Source: Podarcis gaigeae (Eukaryota). Taken from it: a DNA stretch of 64,000 bases. The notes beneath the pieces were generated by a model. It worked only from the letters and a program-made list of their open reading frames with translations, was not told the origin of the DNA and did no database searches. How positions within the stretch are numbered: the stretch's first letter is position 1; each line of letters opens with the position of its first letter. Positions 26,557 to 38,868 of the stretch are shown here, one piece after another. The stretch lies in NCBI GenBank assembly GCA_964106915.2, contig OZ066916.1; one strand, given 5' to 3'. The position numbers were made by a program, and so were the translations under genes.

Positions 26557-26766
26557 TGTCTGAAACCCTGGAGAGCTGGGGCACTTGCTGGGCCAATGGT
26601 CTTATAGAAAACAGTTTCCAATGACCCTATGTAGGACCTTTACATGGCTATGTGGGGTTAGGGTCACCATGCGTGATACCACTCTCACCTACATAGGATC
26701 ATTGGAAACTGGTTTCTATAAGACTATTGGCCAAGCTAGCTCCACAGCTCTCCAGGCTTTCAGACA
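26557..26766. repeat. Inverted repeat (79-bp arms, 52-bp spacer)
   Basis: Arms 26557-26635 and 26688-26766; the inner 45 bp match at 42/45. Confidence 0.92.
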
Positions 26767-26835
26767 GGGACATCTCTGAAAGATGCTGGGGATTTGAACC
26801 TGATACAATGCAGCTGCTCTACTGACTTATAACCC
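26688..26835 (-). mobile_element. Squam3-like tRNA SINE, internally deleted
   Basis: Minus strand CAGGTTCAAATCCCCAGCATC (B-box) ... CCCTGTCTGAAAGCCTGGAGAGCTG ... CAGTTTCC..TGATCCTATG. Confidence 0.75.
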
Positions 26836-26894
26836 TTCCCTTAGATGTGTTCCCTTCAGTCTTGAAAGGATGTCTACTCTTAGACGAAGCATTT

Positions 26895-26908
26895 TCTCTC
26901 TCTCTCTC

Positions 26909-26953
<45 letters not shown>
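26895..26953. repeat. (TC)n microsatellite, interrupted
   Basis: Direct reading. Confidence 0.95.
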
Positions 26954-26957
<4 letters not shown>

Positions 26958-28096
26958 TGAGGGACAGTGCTGGAACTAAAGCTACGATAAAATAAAATAA
27001 AACACAGAAAAATAATGTCTGAGCTTCAAAATGATTGCTGCTGCAATCTTCACATCTCTGACTGCTCATTTATGCAAAACAAACAAAAGTAATATTACAA
27101 TGGATATGGTTTACAGTTACTATTCAAATTCAGAAGAAGAAAAGGTGCCATCAGCATATTTTACCTGCTTTTATTGCACAAGAGCATTTATCCACAAAGT
27201 ATATATGCTTTAAAATCATAGGAAGCTGGATACTAATGTGAGGTTTTTAAAAAAGAAAGTATGCCACAGTATAAACGTTGAAACATACAGCCCTGAGAGT
27301 TAAGCCCTTTACACTGCATTATTCTTTGTCACATTAAATTGAAGGTATTTTGGAAATGCAGCCATCAAGAAGGGAACATAGGATGGCAGGTATCATAAGC
27401 CAAACCTGCATACAGAGCCAGTGTTATGCTTGTGCTGTTGAATCCACTGCAAACTTCTCGTTTTCTTTATTCAGTATTCAAAATGTTGTGGGGCTACTGC
27501 CCTGCATCACTGTATTAAAGCACATTTTTAAAAATCATTCTTAATTTATGTCCATTTATATCCTGCCTTCTTTTTGGAGACTGATGACCCAGTAAAATGG
27601 GGCATAAGAACTTAAGCTGACTGCTGCCCTACTTCCTTATATATGCTTGAATAGAAGCACTTCGATTTAACTTGGCTGCAGATTGAACTCTCCATTCATA
27701 GATTTAGGAAACTACACTCTGACATTTGTTACATCTTTTTCACAGATTGTTTCCTAGGGGGAAATCTCTAGTCCAATAATTTTCTTAATCTTTTTTAAAA
27801 CCATGATTTTTTTAAAAAGGTGTTTGAAGTCCTTGAATTTACCCCAGGGCTCTTGGCCATCTTTAATTCCCATTTCTAATCCCCTAACACCCTTAATCAA
27901 GTCTTCAGTAGTTTTAATTATTATTCAACATATTATTTAGGATTAGAATTTTTTTCCATGATTACCCTATGAATGTAGATCATCAAATATTCATTGTACT
28001 GCCACAATTAAAAATATAATTCCCCCAAAGATGTTTGGAACAATTTAAGCTGAAGAGAGTGAGGAAATTGGAAGCAAGATTCATGGGTTGATGAAG

Positions 28097-28098
<2 letters not shown>

Positions 28099-28132
<34 letters not shown>
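28099..28132. repeat. (AC)n microsatellite
   Basis: Direct reading. Confidence 0.95.
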
Positions 28133-28134
<2 letters not shown>

Positions 28135-29157
28135 GCTTAGAGTAAGGAAAAAGTAAGTACTACTAGCAAAGTAGAAATGTAATGCTGCTTTCTCATAACA
28201 TGTTCCAATGTTACCTATAAGTGTGATTTCAGCTTCTTTTCAATAATTCATCAGGAAAGATGGAACATGGAAATAGGTTTATTCCCACAAGCAGGTTCCT
28301 TTTTGTATTAGGTCCTTTGCAGTTGAAATCATAGTATTTGCCCTTGCTGGATTCCTCATTTCCAGGACACTGGACTCTAAGTATGACCCTGTTGCTGAAT
28401 TGGGACGTTGTCACTCTGCTTTTTGATAGCTAGTTGTTTGTGTGGCAGCAGTAGACTGCAGCCTTCTTCACACTTTGTACTGAAGACAGGTACAAGCTGT
28501 CTTTACACTTGCACAAGAGTTTCCATGGAAAAAGGGTACGCTTTATTTGCACAGCTCAAATCCAATTTACAGAGAGTGTGCTTCCTGAATGTTTGTTATA
28601 TGCAAAAACCTATTCAAGTGTTTATGCATACACAGGTAAACAGATCACACACTTATTCAATGTAATGTGTGAGCATTCCTATAAATGTCACTCCACCCTC
28701 TGTGATTCTAAGAGACAATCAGTGACCAGAATGCTAACTATGATTGTATTCAGACATGAGGATTATTGCCTTAGTTTTCCTGGTTATAATGCTTGTGCTT
28801 CAGGCACTGCTTCTAACATTCCTTTTAAACTACATTACTAGTTGCATCATGGAACTGCAGCATTTCAACATAGTATAACACTAAATTTAATTCACAGCAG
28901 CAGCTGCCATTGGACATGTCACCTCCTTTTATATGCATGCTTGCTCCTGTTACCCCATGTTTCACTCATGAAAATGGTGGGAAAGAACTTTATGCCAGAA
29001 TACCACCTCATATTTTTTTCAGTTGAGCAGCGGCTGCATGGTCCATGAAAACTGCAATGCAAATCTTCCATGATTTTTCCAGGTTAAAGGGGTTGCAATT
29101 GGATTTTTTTCTCTCTGAAACCAAGGAATAAGACTTTTCTTTCTTTCTTTCTTTCAG

Positions 29158-29275
29158 AATTCCACTAGACTTCCAGAAATGGCTTCTACCTCATGTGAAA
29201 GATAACATAAAATGTGAAAATCATCGGGTAAGGAAACATTGGGGAAATGGAATAAAGTGCTGTCTGAATGCACCT
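29158..29275 (+). mobile_element. Terminal fragment of Harbinger-like MITE
   Basis: ATTCCACTAGACTTCCAGAAATGG...AATAAAGTGCTGTCTGAATGCACC is the reverse complement of ~30896-31012. Confidence 0.7.
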
Positions 29276-30895
29276 TCTGAAAGCTAGCAGCTTCAACTAT
29301 CTACAGAAGCAACTACCAAAGATATAACAGGACATTCACCCTGTCCTGCACACAAGGATCTGTGGATCTGCCAACTGCTTCTCTAGTAGCAAGGCTAAAT
29401 GAAATTTACCATTTGGAATAAAGTGAATGCGCTAAGCCTTGAATCCTAAAATATGTTGTAAGTACTGTAGACAGGAAAATGACCAATCCAATTTTTATTT
29501 TTTATGAACACAAGAGGCTCTGATATAGATGTGGTACATTCATGCCACTGGAGGTAGAATGCTTGCATAGGGATACCTTTGTGTGGAAGGAAGAAAATAA
29601 CATCCAGAATATATGTATTAAAAAAACCCACAGCCTTGTTTTTCACAGCTTAAAAATGGTTTGTCTTTCGTCTGTGCCCTGAAGAGAAAGCACACACCTG
29701 GCTCCCTAATATTTTCTGACCTGCACCACTGCATAAGCCCTGTGAATAGAAAGCATTGTGTTCCATTCTGTTCTGAAGCCCTTATCAGTGTTGTTCTCTG
29801 CACTGAATTTATCTAGTGCCTTGAGATATTGTTGGTGCAACCTGGTAGCAAAATTGATTGGGAGGGAAGCCTCCCACATTATACAAAAGTGATATCCCCA
29901 GAGTCAGTGGCTGAGCATCTCCATCAGTTAGATATAGATGGGGAGGGAGGAGTGTTCCCAAATTCTCAGGGCTCACTCAAAGAAATCTTATCTGCAGAGG
30001 GGCAAAGGAATCAAGCAATTCCAAAGAGATATCCCTTAGCAGATGGCTCAATTTGTGCTAGTTTAGCAACTGAATCAAGGGGAGGGAGGGAGAAATTGCA
30101 GCACTGGACAAAGTCAGCATTCGGCTCGCATGTGTTAGTGTTCAAAAGGTGGCATTAAGACTCAAAATCATCATGGTCATTCTGCATTTGAACAGATGCT
30201 TTCTGTATTATGAAATATCCAACAAGTGTTCTGAACCTTACCACAAAATATGATTGAGGCCCATTTGGGACATCCTGAAACTTTAGAAAAGCAGTATTGG
30301 ATCTGGGGGATTGGATCCTGCTTCGCAAGTGAGTCACCGATGCATCACAGCTGTTCATTATCATATGAATTTAGCACAATTTTCAAATCCTCTGGATCAT
30401 TGTTATCTGGGGTTTATTCCTTGTTGTGAGAGGCAACATGAGTCATTATTTTGTTTATCTGAAGACGGAGCTGTGACAAGCAATGCATCAAGAATAATGA
30501 TAGCAAATGCTTTGTGCCAAGGTAACTGTCACTGTAGAAAACTCCCCCCTCCTCCAAGAAGAAAATTCCTGTAAAACTTTCATTGTTGAAACAGGTGGTG
30601 CATCTTTTTAGAAAAAGAAATGTCCTGTTACTTGTTACACATCCTAGTCCACTACATAAAGGTGGAACTTGACTTGGATTTTTTTGATTCAGCTCTAAAT
30701 AGATTGCGTACCAATAGGTTGACAGGTGTGTCAAGCCAGGTCCGTGTTGCAGGTTTTTATATTAAATGCTGCTTCTGTTAACTAAGCAAATCACCAGTGA
30801 ATTTTACAAATGTCCATATCTGTGATGAGCCAGAGATTTACAAGAGCAACATAGAAAATAGTATCATGGAAAAGGCAAATGGGTATTTCAATCAT

Positions 30896-31292
30896 GGCTG
30901 CATTCAGACACCACTTTATTCATTTTCTTGATGCTTACTTACATGCTTATTTCCCTCATTTTATGTGTTTTTTCACATAATGTAAAATCCACTTCTGGAA
31001 ATCTAGTGGAATCTAGCAGAAGTTTGGAATTCATTTCCATGTTAATTGCTTCCAATCTATTTTCACCCCATGCACATGCCTATTAGGTAGCAATTGGTCC
31101 AGTAATGTCCATTGCTGTGCCATAACATGTTCACAGATGTGAACAAAATTAAGCAGTTAATCAATAAAAATGCCACAATTCCATAACACAACCAGCTACT
31201 GCAGTGTAAAAGAGACATTAGAAACCAGGACAGAAGTGTCAGCATTATAACCAGAGGAACTAATACAATAACTTCCATGTCTGAATGCACCC
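30896..31292. mobile_element. PIF/Harbinger-like MITE, full length (~397 bp)
   Basis: 15-bp TIRs GGCTGCATTCAGACA and TGTCTGAATGCACCC (14/15); two other partial copies in the window; TSD not clear. Confidence 0.75.
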
Positions 31293-31734
31293 TGCATTGC
31301 AAATCCCATAATAGCTTTGAACTATAATGCAAACTAAAAATCTCCACTTACTGTCACGGCTGCTATGGGTCTCTCTCACTGGAGACTGGGTCAACCACTG
31401 TCAGGGTCAGTCTTGCCATCTTGGTGATGGTGTCCTGAGGTATACCCCTTCCCCCCTTAGGAGTGAAGAGCTGTCACACAGTGGTGTGGGGAATGTAAAG
31501 AGTTGTACTCAGAAACATTGTTTACTCACTTGCTTATTATAAGCGTTTATAGCCCACACTTCACTAGTCCCTGGGCAGGTTACATGTGGTTGAATACAAT
31601 ATGTATCTTAATTAATCCAATAATTGAAACCATATTAAACAGCAGTCTAGGCCAGGACTGCAATAGGGGGTGCTTGGATTTCATTCTCCAGCCCCGAGAG
31701 CCTGGGCAAAAAATATGTATCATGACCTGCTGTT

Positions 31735-31860
31735 GAAAACCATTTAGAAATGGAGCCAGATGGCCATTGTACAGCTTGGGGGCCACCACAGAAAAAGTCT
31801 TGCACCGTGTGAATGACTGGTCACTTGCCTGGTTAGAAGATGTATTTGAGGCAAGGGGCA
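31735..31860 (-). mobile_element. Highly decayed L2 3' fragment
   Basis: Translation KTFSVVAPKLYN resembles the L2 RAFSVVAPRLWN motif. Confidence 0.45.
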
Positions 31861-32116
31861 CAAATATTTTTTTGAGGAGTGAATCCGACCTTACTCTGTT
31901 CAGTTTCTCCCTTATAATTTATGTGGCTTCATTGAAAACTGAGCCTGCCCCTGTATGTATAGTATCTTAAGCATTTCTGATTCACATTAGATTGTGACAG
32001 ATCTACAGGATCTTGAAGACAGGCACAGGACCAAAAAGGCTACAGGACCTCAGAGACAGGCATGTGAAATCTGTCTCTGCTCACTGCCACATACCCCTCT
32101 GTTTGTTCCTCTCTCG

Positions 32117-32248
32117 TAGCCTTTCTCAACCTTAGGTCACCAAGGTTGGACTACAACTCCCATCACCACTGACCACTGACCCTGCTAGCTAGGGATGATA
32201 GAAGTTGTAGTCCAACAACAACTGGGGATCCAAGATTGAGAAAGGCTG
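32117..32248. mobile_element. Short hAT MITE (ACTACAACTCCCATC family)
   Basis: TIRs (T)AGCCTTTCTCAAC and ATTGAGAAAGGCTG; internal palindrome GGACTACAACTCCCATCA / TGATAGAAGTTGTAGTCC. Confidence 0.88.
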
Positions 32249-33691
32249 CTCTGTGGCATAATGAGATGTGGATGTTTTTCCTGTGGTGGTGTAAATTGCT
32301 TTAGTCCACCCTACAACTTGTGACATCCTACAAGGGCATTAATTCATGTGCTGGAGTTAGCATACATAATTGCCAGTGCAAGACTCACAGGACTGAGCAG
32401 CATCTGCTAGGTACATTAGTCTGTGAAACATGACAAGAGCCAAAAAATTATTCACTGTGAGCCATGAAAAATACAAACTATACACAAATGGCTACAACTA
32501 ATTTTTGCAGTCTTTTCATTCAGCTAACTGGAGCTGGTATTAATGTGACAACAGTGAACCCATTCATTTTTCTGTCCAAATTCCAGAGAGAAGATACACT
32601 GGCAAGATACACTGGCAAGCGTGATTCTAAATGTCAGTTGATGAACAATACTTCCCCACAAAACCTTTAGAGATTTTGCATGAAAAATCATAATCCTGTA
32701 GTAGCTGTCTTCCTTTATTTTATTTTATTTTATTTTAAGCAGCAGAAGAAAATGTAATCTCAATTTGTCTCAAAGAGAATTGTGGGCCGACCTCATAGAT
32801 TTCAGTTTACTTTGTTTCATTTTATTTTTTTAAAGTAGGGAAGTGATGGTCTTTGGGGTAATGTGGCTACTGAAGTAACTATTTTTATATGGGAAAGTAT
32901 TGTTCTGTATAATTCCCAAATGAGAACCTGTCATCCATCTCCTGAATAGGCTTTATCCCTCTTTCGACGGCTAGTTCTTGAAACCACCAATGACTCCAAC
33001 CAATTCTTTCTAACTTCCTAAATAAAGACGTCAGTTTATTTGCAAAAGAACAGTGCAGGACAGGAAGGGGGCAGCTGTCTCTTGGGGGGGGGGGAGAGCT
33101 CTTACCAGCTTAGTTAAAAGCTGTGAAACATTATTATTGAGTGTATGTCACTGTGATGTGTCCGTACAGTTTAAAGTGCTGCTTCAAGCGGAAGATTTCT
33201 CACTTATGATATATCAGCCTAAGTATATAAAGTGTTCTGGGGAAAGACTCCTACCACTCCATCAAAGGTAATTAAAGGCAGAAAGTAAACTTCAAAGACA
33301 AATGGAACAGAGTTGGTGGGGATGAAGGAATGAACTTTTCTTCTCCAGTTATTATGAAAAAAAGCTATTTATTCAGAGTTTCTTTCAGGAAAGGACAAGC
33401 TCAATGCTGTTATGTCTTATTTATATCACATAGAAAAAGTGAATGTAAGGGTTTCTCAAAGATTAGGTATTATGCTTTCAAATGATGGGACTACAGTTGC
33501 TAAATTTTCTTACATGAGCTAGTAATTCCATCTGCAACAATGATGTGAGCATTCAACACAATTGGTATCTTACAGTTATTTTTGAAAAACTTCTCTCCTT
33601 GCCCCAGATATGTGGTGTCAAGGAAGCCATTTGACCTGAAGTATTTTGCAGGCATGAATAACCGATGAATGGGAATAATTCTATGACGGTG

Positions 33692-33692
<1 letters not shown>

Positions 33693-33731
<39 letters not shown>
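33693..33731. repeat. (CA)n microsatellite
   Basis: Direct reading. Confidence 0.95.
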
Positions 33732-33733
<2 letters not shown>

Positions 33734-34216
33734 CAAATAACATAGTTGAGAATAGAATTTAATTATTGGATTTTCTCTCCTGTTTCGGAGAACTAAGCTG
33801 CCCGTTTTAATCACTATACTTTGTTATGTTATTGCACAGCTGCTGCAGCTGCATTTATTCAGCACGACAGCCACCAGGATGTGACATCCTGTTCCCGGAT
33901 CATTTCAATGAGAAATTCCAGTAAGGACAATGAGATAAGATGGGGATTTGGAAGGAGAAGGGTTAGAGTGAGGTCAAAACCCGAGACAAACTCTGCCCGA
34001 TCGTCTTCGCTATTGTCAGGAGGTTAAGGAGCTGCTGTGTTTCTCAGGTGCAATGCATCATATATAGGCAATTCTATTTGAAGCTGAAATATGAAAACTT
34101 TTTTTTTTTTGGAGGGGAAAATAGCTATCTATATTTTTAAAAAGCAAAAAAAAAAAAAAAAAAAAGCAAATCCAAGCACAATGAAAATTAAGAGACAAAA
34201 GCAGGACTGGACTTAC

Positions 34217-34290
34217 CATGAAGCGAGCGGTGTGAAATAGTCCGCTTCAGACAGTCAATTCCAGAGGGGAAGCATTTTACTGCCTCTGAT
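34217..34290 (-). other. Candidate exon ending in ATG|GTAAGT (5' boundary uncertain; could be a longer first exon)
   Basis: Consensus donor at 34216-34211 directly after CATG; polypyrimidine run ~34296-34318 with AGs giving 69- or 74-nt exons; unique sequence with local CpG retention. Confidence 0.45.
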
Positions 34291-34694
34291 CTCCATTTTA
34301 AAAAAAGAAAGAAAAGATATTCAGTCCAGAGCAGAGTGTCGTTTTGATTTTTCACTTCAGGTGTGAAATGTATACAAGTCAGCACTGGACAGAAATCTTT
34401 TATTTTTTCAGTCGCACAGTGTTACTGCTATTTAACATTTATATGATGTCAGAAATGGTGAACTAGGTACCGTGTGAAAGAGTGTCTTTTAACGTAGGTC
34501 GTTCAGAAGAGCACGCTCCTTTTTAAAGATGGGCAAGAGATTTTTGTGATCTTCAGTGTGTTCAGAGGAGTCAAGCAGTAATGAAAGAAAAACCAAATGT
34601 AATTTTGCAGTGCCAATTCACATACTCAAGTTATATACTAATATCTTAAATTTACAAGAATAACAAAAGGTGCACCTTAAAAAAATATTTGATG

Positions 34695-34696
<2 letters not shown>

Positions 34697-34730
<34 letters not shown>
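34697..34730. repeat. (TAA)n microsatellite
   Basis: Direct reading. Confidence 0.95.
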
Positions 34731-34731
<1 letters not shown>

Positions 34732-35037
34732 TATAATGCAAACTCTTTAGTGATGGTCCTTTCAATAATTGACTTTGTAGTATATATTTTGTATATGTTT
34801 TTTTTTTTTTTTGCGGGGGGACAAACCATATTGAATATTGCGCTCACATTTTCCTGCCTTGATATGACCTATGGTTTAAATGAAATATTAAATGATTGAT
34901 AATACAGACTACAAGTAATAGTAATATTCACAAAAAGATGGCAAATTGTCAAAGATCACACTTTGAACTTCCTGACACTGAGGGAATCTTTCACATTCAG
35001 AGTCAACACTGCTGTATGTTTGAAGAAGAGCTAATAA

Positions 35038-35193
35038 TATATCTAACTCAGTGATCTCTACATTTATTGATAACAGCTCTCTTGACTTTCAGACAGGTCT
35101 CTTCCTCACTTCACTCCCAAGTCCTACCTGGATATGCTACTGATTGACCTTGGGACCTTTTGCAGGCAAAACAAGTGTTTTGCCACTGATTTA
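35038..35193 (-). mobile_element. Squam3-like tRNA SINE
   Basis: Minus strand TCAGTGGCAAAACAC..TGCAAAAGGTCCCAAGGTCAATC..CCAGGTAGG..CCTGTCTGAAA..GAGAGCTG..ACTGAGTTAGAT. Confidence 0.75.
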
Positions 35194-38100
35194 AAAACAA
35201 CTTGCAACTCAGGGCATTAGCCATGGGGCAAGAATTGCTTAGACTAGAGCCTCACAGAATGAAAAACTGCGTATATATCATTGTTCTCTCCACCAATTTC
35301 CTTTGAAGGTCTGAATACATGAAATCAAAGTTAACTGAAAAAGCAACTAATTAATGCTACAAAAAAAACCCCACATAAAAAGCATGACGATTCAGGAAGC
35401 ATAATAACTATTGCTAAAATGCAAAAAATTAAAAAATTAAAATCAAGCTATTAATTGCCAGGGCTCATTGGGATTCACTATACTAGCTTGCATTGCTTCC
35501 AGTCTTTCACCAGCTTGCCCTTTTCCTGCAGTTTCTCACTCTCAACCATCTTTCTCGATATCACATTTTAAAGCTCTTCTTAGCCCATGAGTGCTGGCAA
35601 CTTAGCTAGATGTGTGTATTCTGCAGACTTTTGTAAGTGGAAAGAGAGAAATGTGATTTGTTATTATGGGAGATGTGGACAGGCAGGGTGCGGGGAAAGG
35701 AGTCAGTTCAGTTGCTCAGAAAAGCATAACTGTGTGCATGGGTGTACATGATATTTGAAACAGTTCTGAGATCAGGGGCCTCTATTGTCAAGTTAAAATG
35801 TTAAACTTTTATGTCTATTTCTGACATACGAATGTTCTTTTAAAATCCATTGAAGCAGCATGTCACCAGCAAAATTTCATGATATGCCTGGCATCACCCC
35901 ATTTTGAATGCTGAAAATGCATACCTATGCTTGACTTGTAACTGGATGGGACTTGAGGTAAACCCTCTGAAATTTTGGGGGCATAAAACTAAATTTGAAA
36001 ATACCCCTATCAAAATGTTCCATTCTAAAATTGACGGCACCTTCACACATTTCTCAAATGGAAAGTGTTTTCTTCTCAAGAAATGGACAGCTTGAGAGCC
36101 CAATATTAAACAAATACACAATCACTAATTGCAGTAAACCTATTTGGAACCTTTTTAGATAACCTGTGCATAGTAAATATTTAATATCGGGCACTGGAAG
36201 ATTAGAAACCGTGGTGACAAGCTTTCCACACAGGATATCTTTCTCTGCCTGTCAAATATTTTGCAAAGCTTGCATCCAGCGTGATTGAAACTTTGCCTGT
36301 AATCTTCAAAGAAGCCAGGAAGGCAAATGATGTGGGCTGCTACAGGAGGAATTGTGTGGGATGTATCCAGTTGTTCTTTTTAAACAAAGGAAATAAATGC
36401 CAAACTGTGCTGCACTCAGAGGAGACTGTCAGACCTGATGTGGTTTTCACACGTTATTTTCCCCGTTATTTTCTCTACCATAATAAGGAGGCAAGCGGAG
36501 TAAATTGAGGAGAACAGAGAGGAGAGCTCTGTCAAGAGGTGCCCTAATTGAATGCTTACTACAGCATTCTTTGCACATGATGGCTTAATTAACCAGCTAC
36601 AGTGTGTAGCTGCTAACCTTGGGAAGAACTTATTTGTTGCTTGAAAAACAGTTTTATGCATTGGCTCGAGATGCCAACAAACAACAAGAATAATACTTGA
36701 TGATTTAATCCAAATATTCCTAGCAATGCTTTTAAAAAATCCTTTCCAATGGCATTCAATATAGTCCTTTAAGGAACTATCTGGTAAGACAGGACACTTG
36801 ATATTGTCCTTCAGATCAACACCTTTTTCATAGGACCTCATTGTGTAAAATAATATTAACTGTTTTGGAATGATGCTATTCATGTTCATATACACATCTA
36901 GGTCCCCCCCTTTTTTTTTTAAAAAAGAGCCTGCAGTAGAAAATTGCAGCCCTGTACCTTTTGCTTCTGGCAACCTTTGCCGGTTACCATTAAACATTTT
37001 CCTTCTAGGAGAAAAAAAAATCTACACACATTCGACCTGAAATACCCCAGAAACGCTTTGAAGTTTCCATTGAGATGTGTTTATTACCTCAGCCAATATT
37101 AATGGTTTCAGATAATAAAACACCCCTCATTTTTTTAAATAGACAAATGGTCAGGAAGCATCTAGAAAGTGTCAGTAGGTTTGCATGAACTGTATAATGT
37201 CACCTGAAGTCAGTTCTCTCATCAAGAACAGCTTTCATGCAGGTCTCTTACTGGGATTAGAAAATCACTCCCAAAACATTAGTTTTTGGTTGGCACAGTG
37301 TTTTCCTTGAAGGTTTACACTATTCTATTACATTTTTGTAAAATATATTTTTCATTGTTTGTACTTGCTTGTTGTAACTGAAAATAAAAACCAAAGATTA
37401 TTAAAAAAAACAGGAAATGGTGTTGTTTAAGAGCCCCCAACACCATCAACACCACCTGCTGATGTATATTTATATGGTATTCAGGCCCAATCTACTCTTG
37501 ACATTGAAATGCCTACAAAATTTCATCTAGTTCTGCAAAAAGTGTGTGTGGAGGGGTTATAGTTATTTTTATGCTTCCCATTATAGTGAATGGAGTACAG
37601 AACTAATTCCATTCTGAATAATGAGCTGAATTCGAAAGACACGGAATAGTGCTGAAACAGATCTAGTTGCTTCCAAAAGCTACAGCTATAACCTGAATAT
37701 TCTGGCCACTGCACCACCCCCCCTACAAAATACAAGTAAAATAGAAATGCTAAATTACATAGCTCCCTAGGACATCAGAATTCTGGGTTATGTACTCAGA
37801 GCAGTTTCAGAGTTCCAGTGCTTACAATTTTATGTGTTTGCGAGAGATCATTTTGGACGCAGTTGAGTTTGCATTGCTATCCCACTGGCTGTTTGTGGCG
37901 CTCTAATGGAGATATGTATCTCCAGACACTCTGGGACATGCAGTGGACATAGCTGGAGAGTCGCATTTGGCTCTCTGGTGCATGTCCATAGCTTGTTTGG
38001 AGAAAACACATTTCCCTTTCACACTTTATGTCTTTATCCCAACAGGCACCAAGTGTGACAAAGATGGCAATCATGGCAACTCCAACTGCCCTGTAAAGTC

Positions 38101-38796
38101 TGAAGCAGCTTTTGAGTGTGTAATAATTCACTATAAACAGAATGATGGCCACAAAATATGGTACTTGCATGAGATTTCACATCTGTTTAGTAGCATAAAA
38201 AGGTATTAAGTAATGGTAATAAAATAACGCTAATGTGACATAGCCAGGGCAAAAGCAGCAGCTCCGTCTTCTAGGGTTTTATGTATGACATGCAATTCTA
38301 GCCTATTGTCAGGCATTTTATGTACATCCGTTGCTTGGTGTTTTTGAATCACATTATGTTTAAGATTGGGAGGAGGGTGACACACATCCCTTTCCTGAAG
38401 GAAAGCACTAATGGAAGAAAGCTGGCTTCAAGCTGCATTTGCATTAATGACGGCAGACCTTTAAAAACAGCTCTGCATTCCTAATAAAGACAACGATGGA
38501 ATCCAAAATAGGTCAAAAGAAAGATACACCTGACTCACAACACGGCTCCCGGAGATCACAACTGGGCAAAGGGAAGCCCCCACTGTTCTTTGGAATTGCT
38601 GCTAATGAAAAATGAAGCTTAGGTGAAAATATTCTTTTTTATATAGAGCAAACTGGAGGCACACTTTTCGAAGGGGGGCTAAAACGTGTGTGTCCTGTGG
38701 TTGTGTCACATGTTTCCTAGGGCATCAGCTAGGATACCCTACCATCAGTGACAACAAAAGGCTACAATATATTCTTTTAAAAATAATAATAATAAG

Positions 38797-38868
38797 GAGC
38801 TTCCTGTTTCCGGTAGTGGGAAATGGCGGATCCCACACGATTGGACTTCAGCCGTTCCGATAATTTTC
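38797..38868 (+). mobile_element. Probable L1 5' UTR start (72 bp), truncated
   Basis: Follows TTTTAAAAATAATAA; contains CTTCCTGTTTCCGG (ETS-like) and AAATGGCGG (YY1 core); CpG-rich; ends abruptly at the LTR. Confidence 0.45.

Noticed and set aside
29829-30158. 109-aa ORF with protein-like composition
   Set aside because: Non-ATG start, no convincing splice sites, no recognised homology.
38046-38160. Plus-strand exon candidate (GTKCDKDGNHGNSNCPVK...)
   Set aside because: Good acceptor but weak donor (TG|GTACTT) and no recognisable protein.
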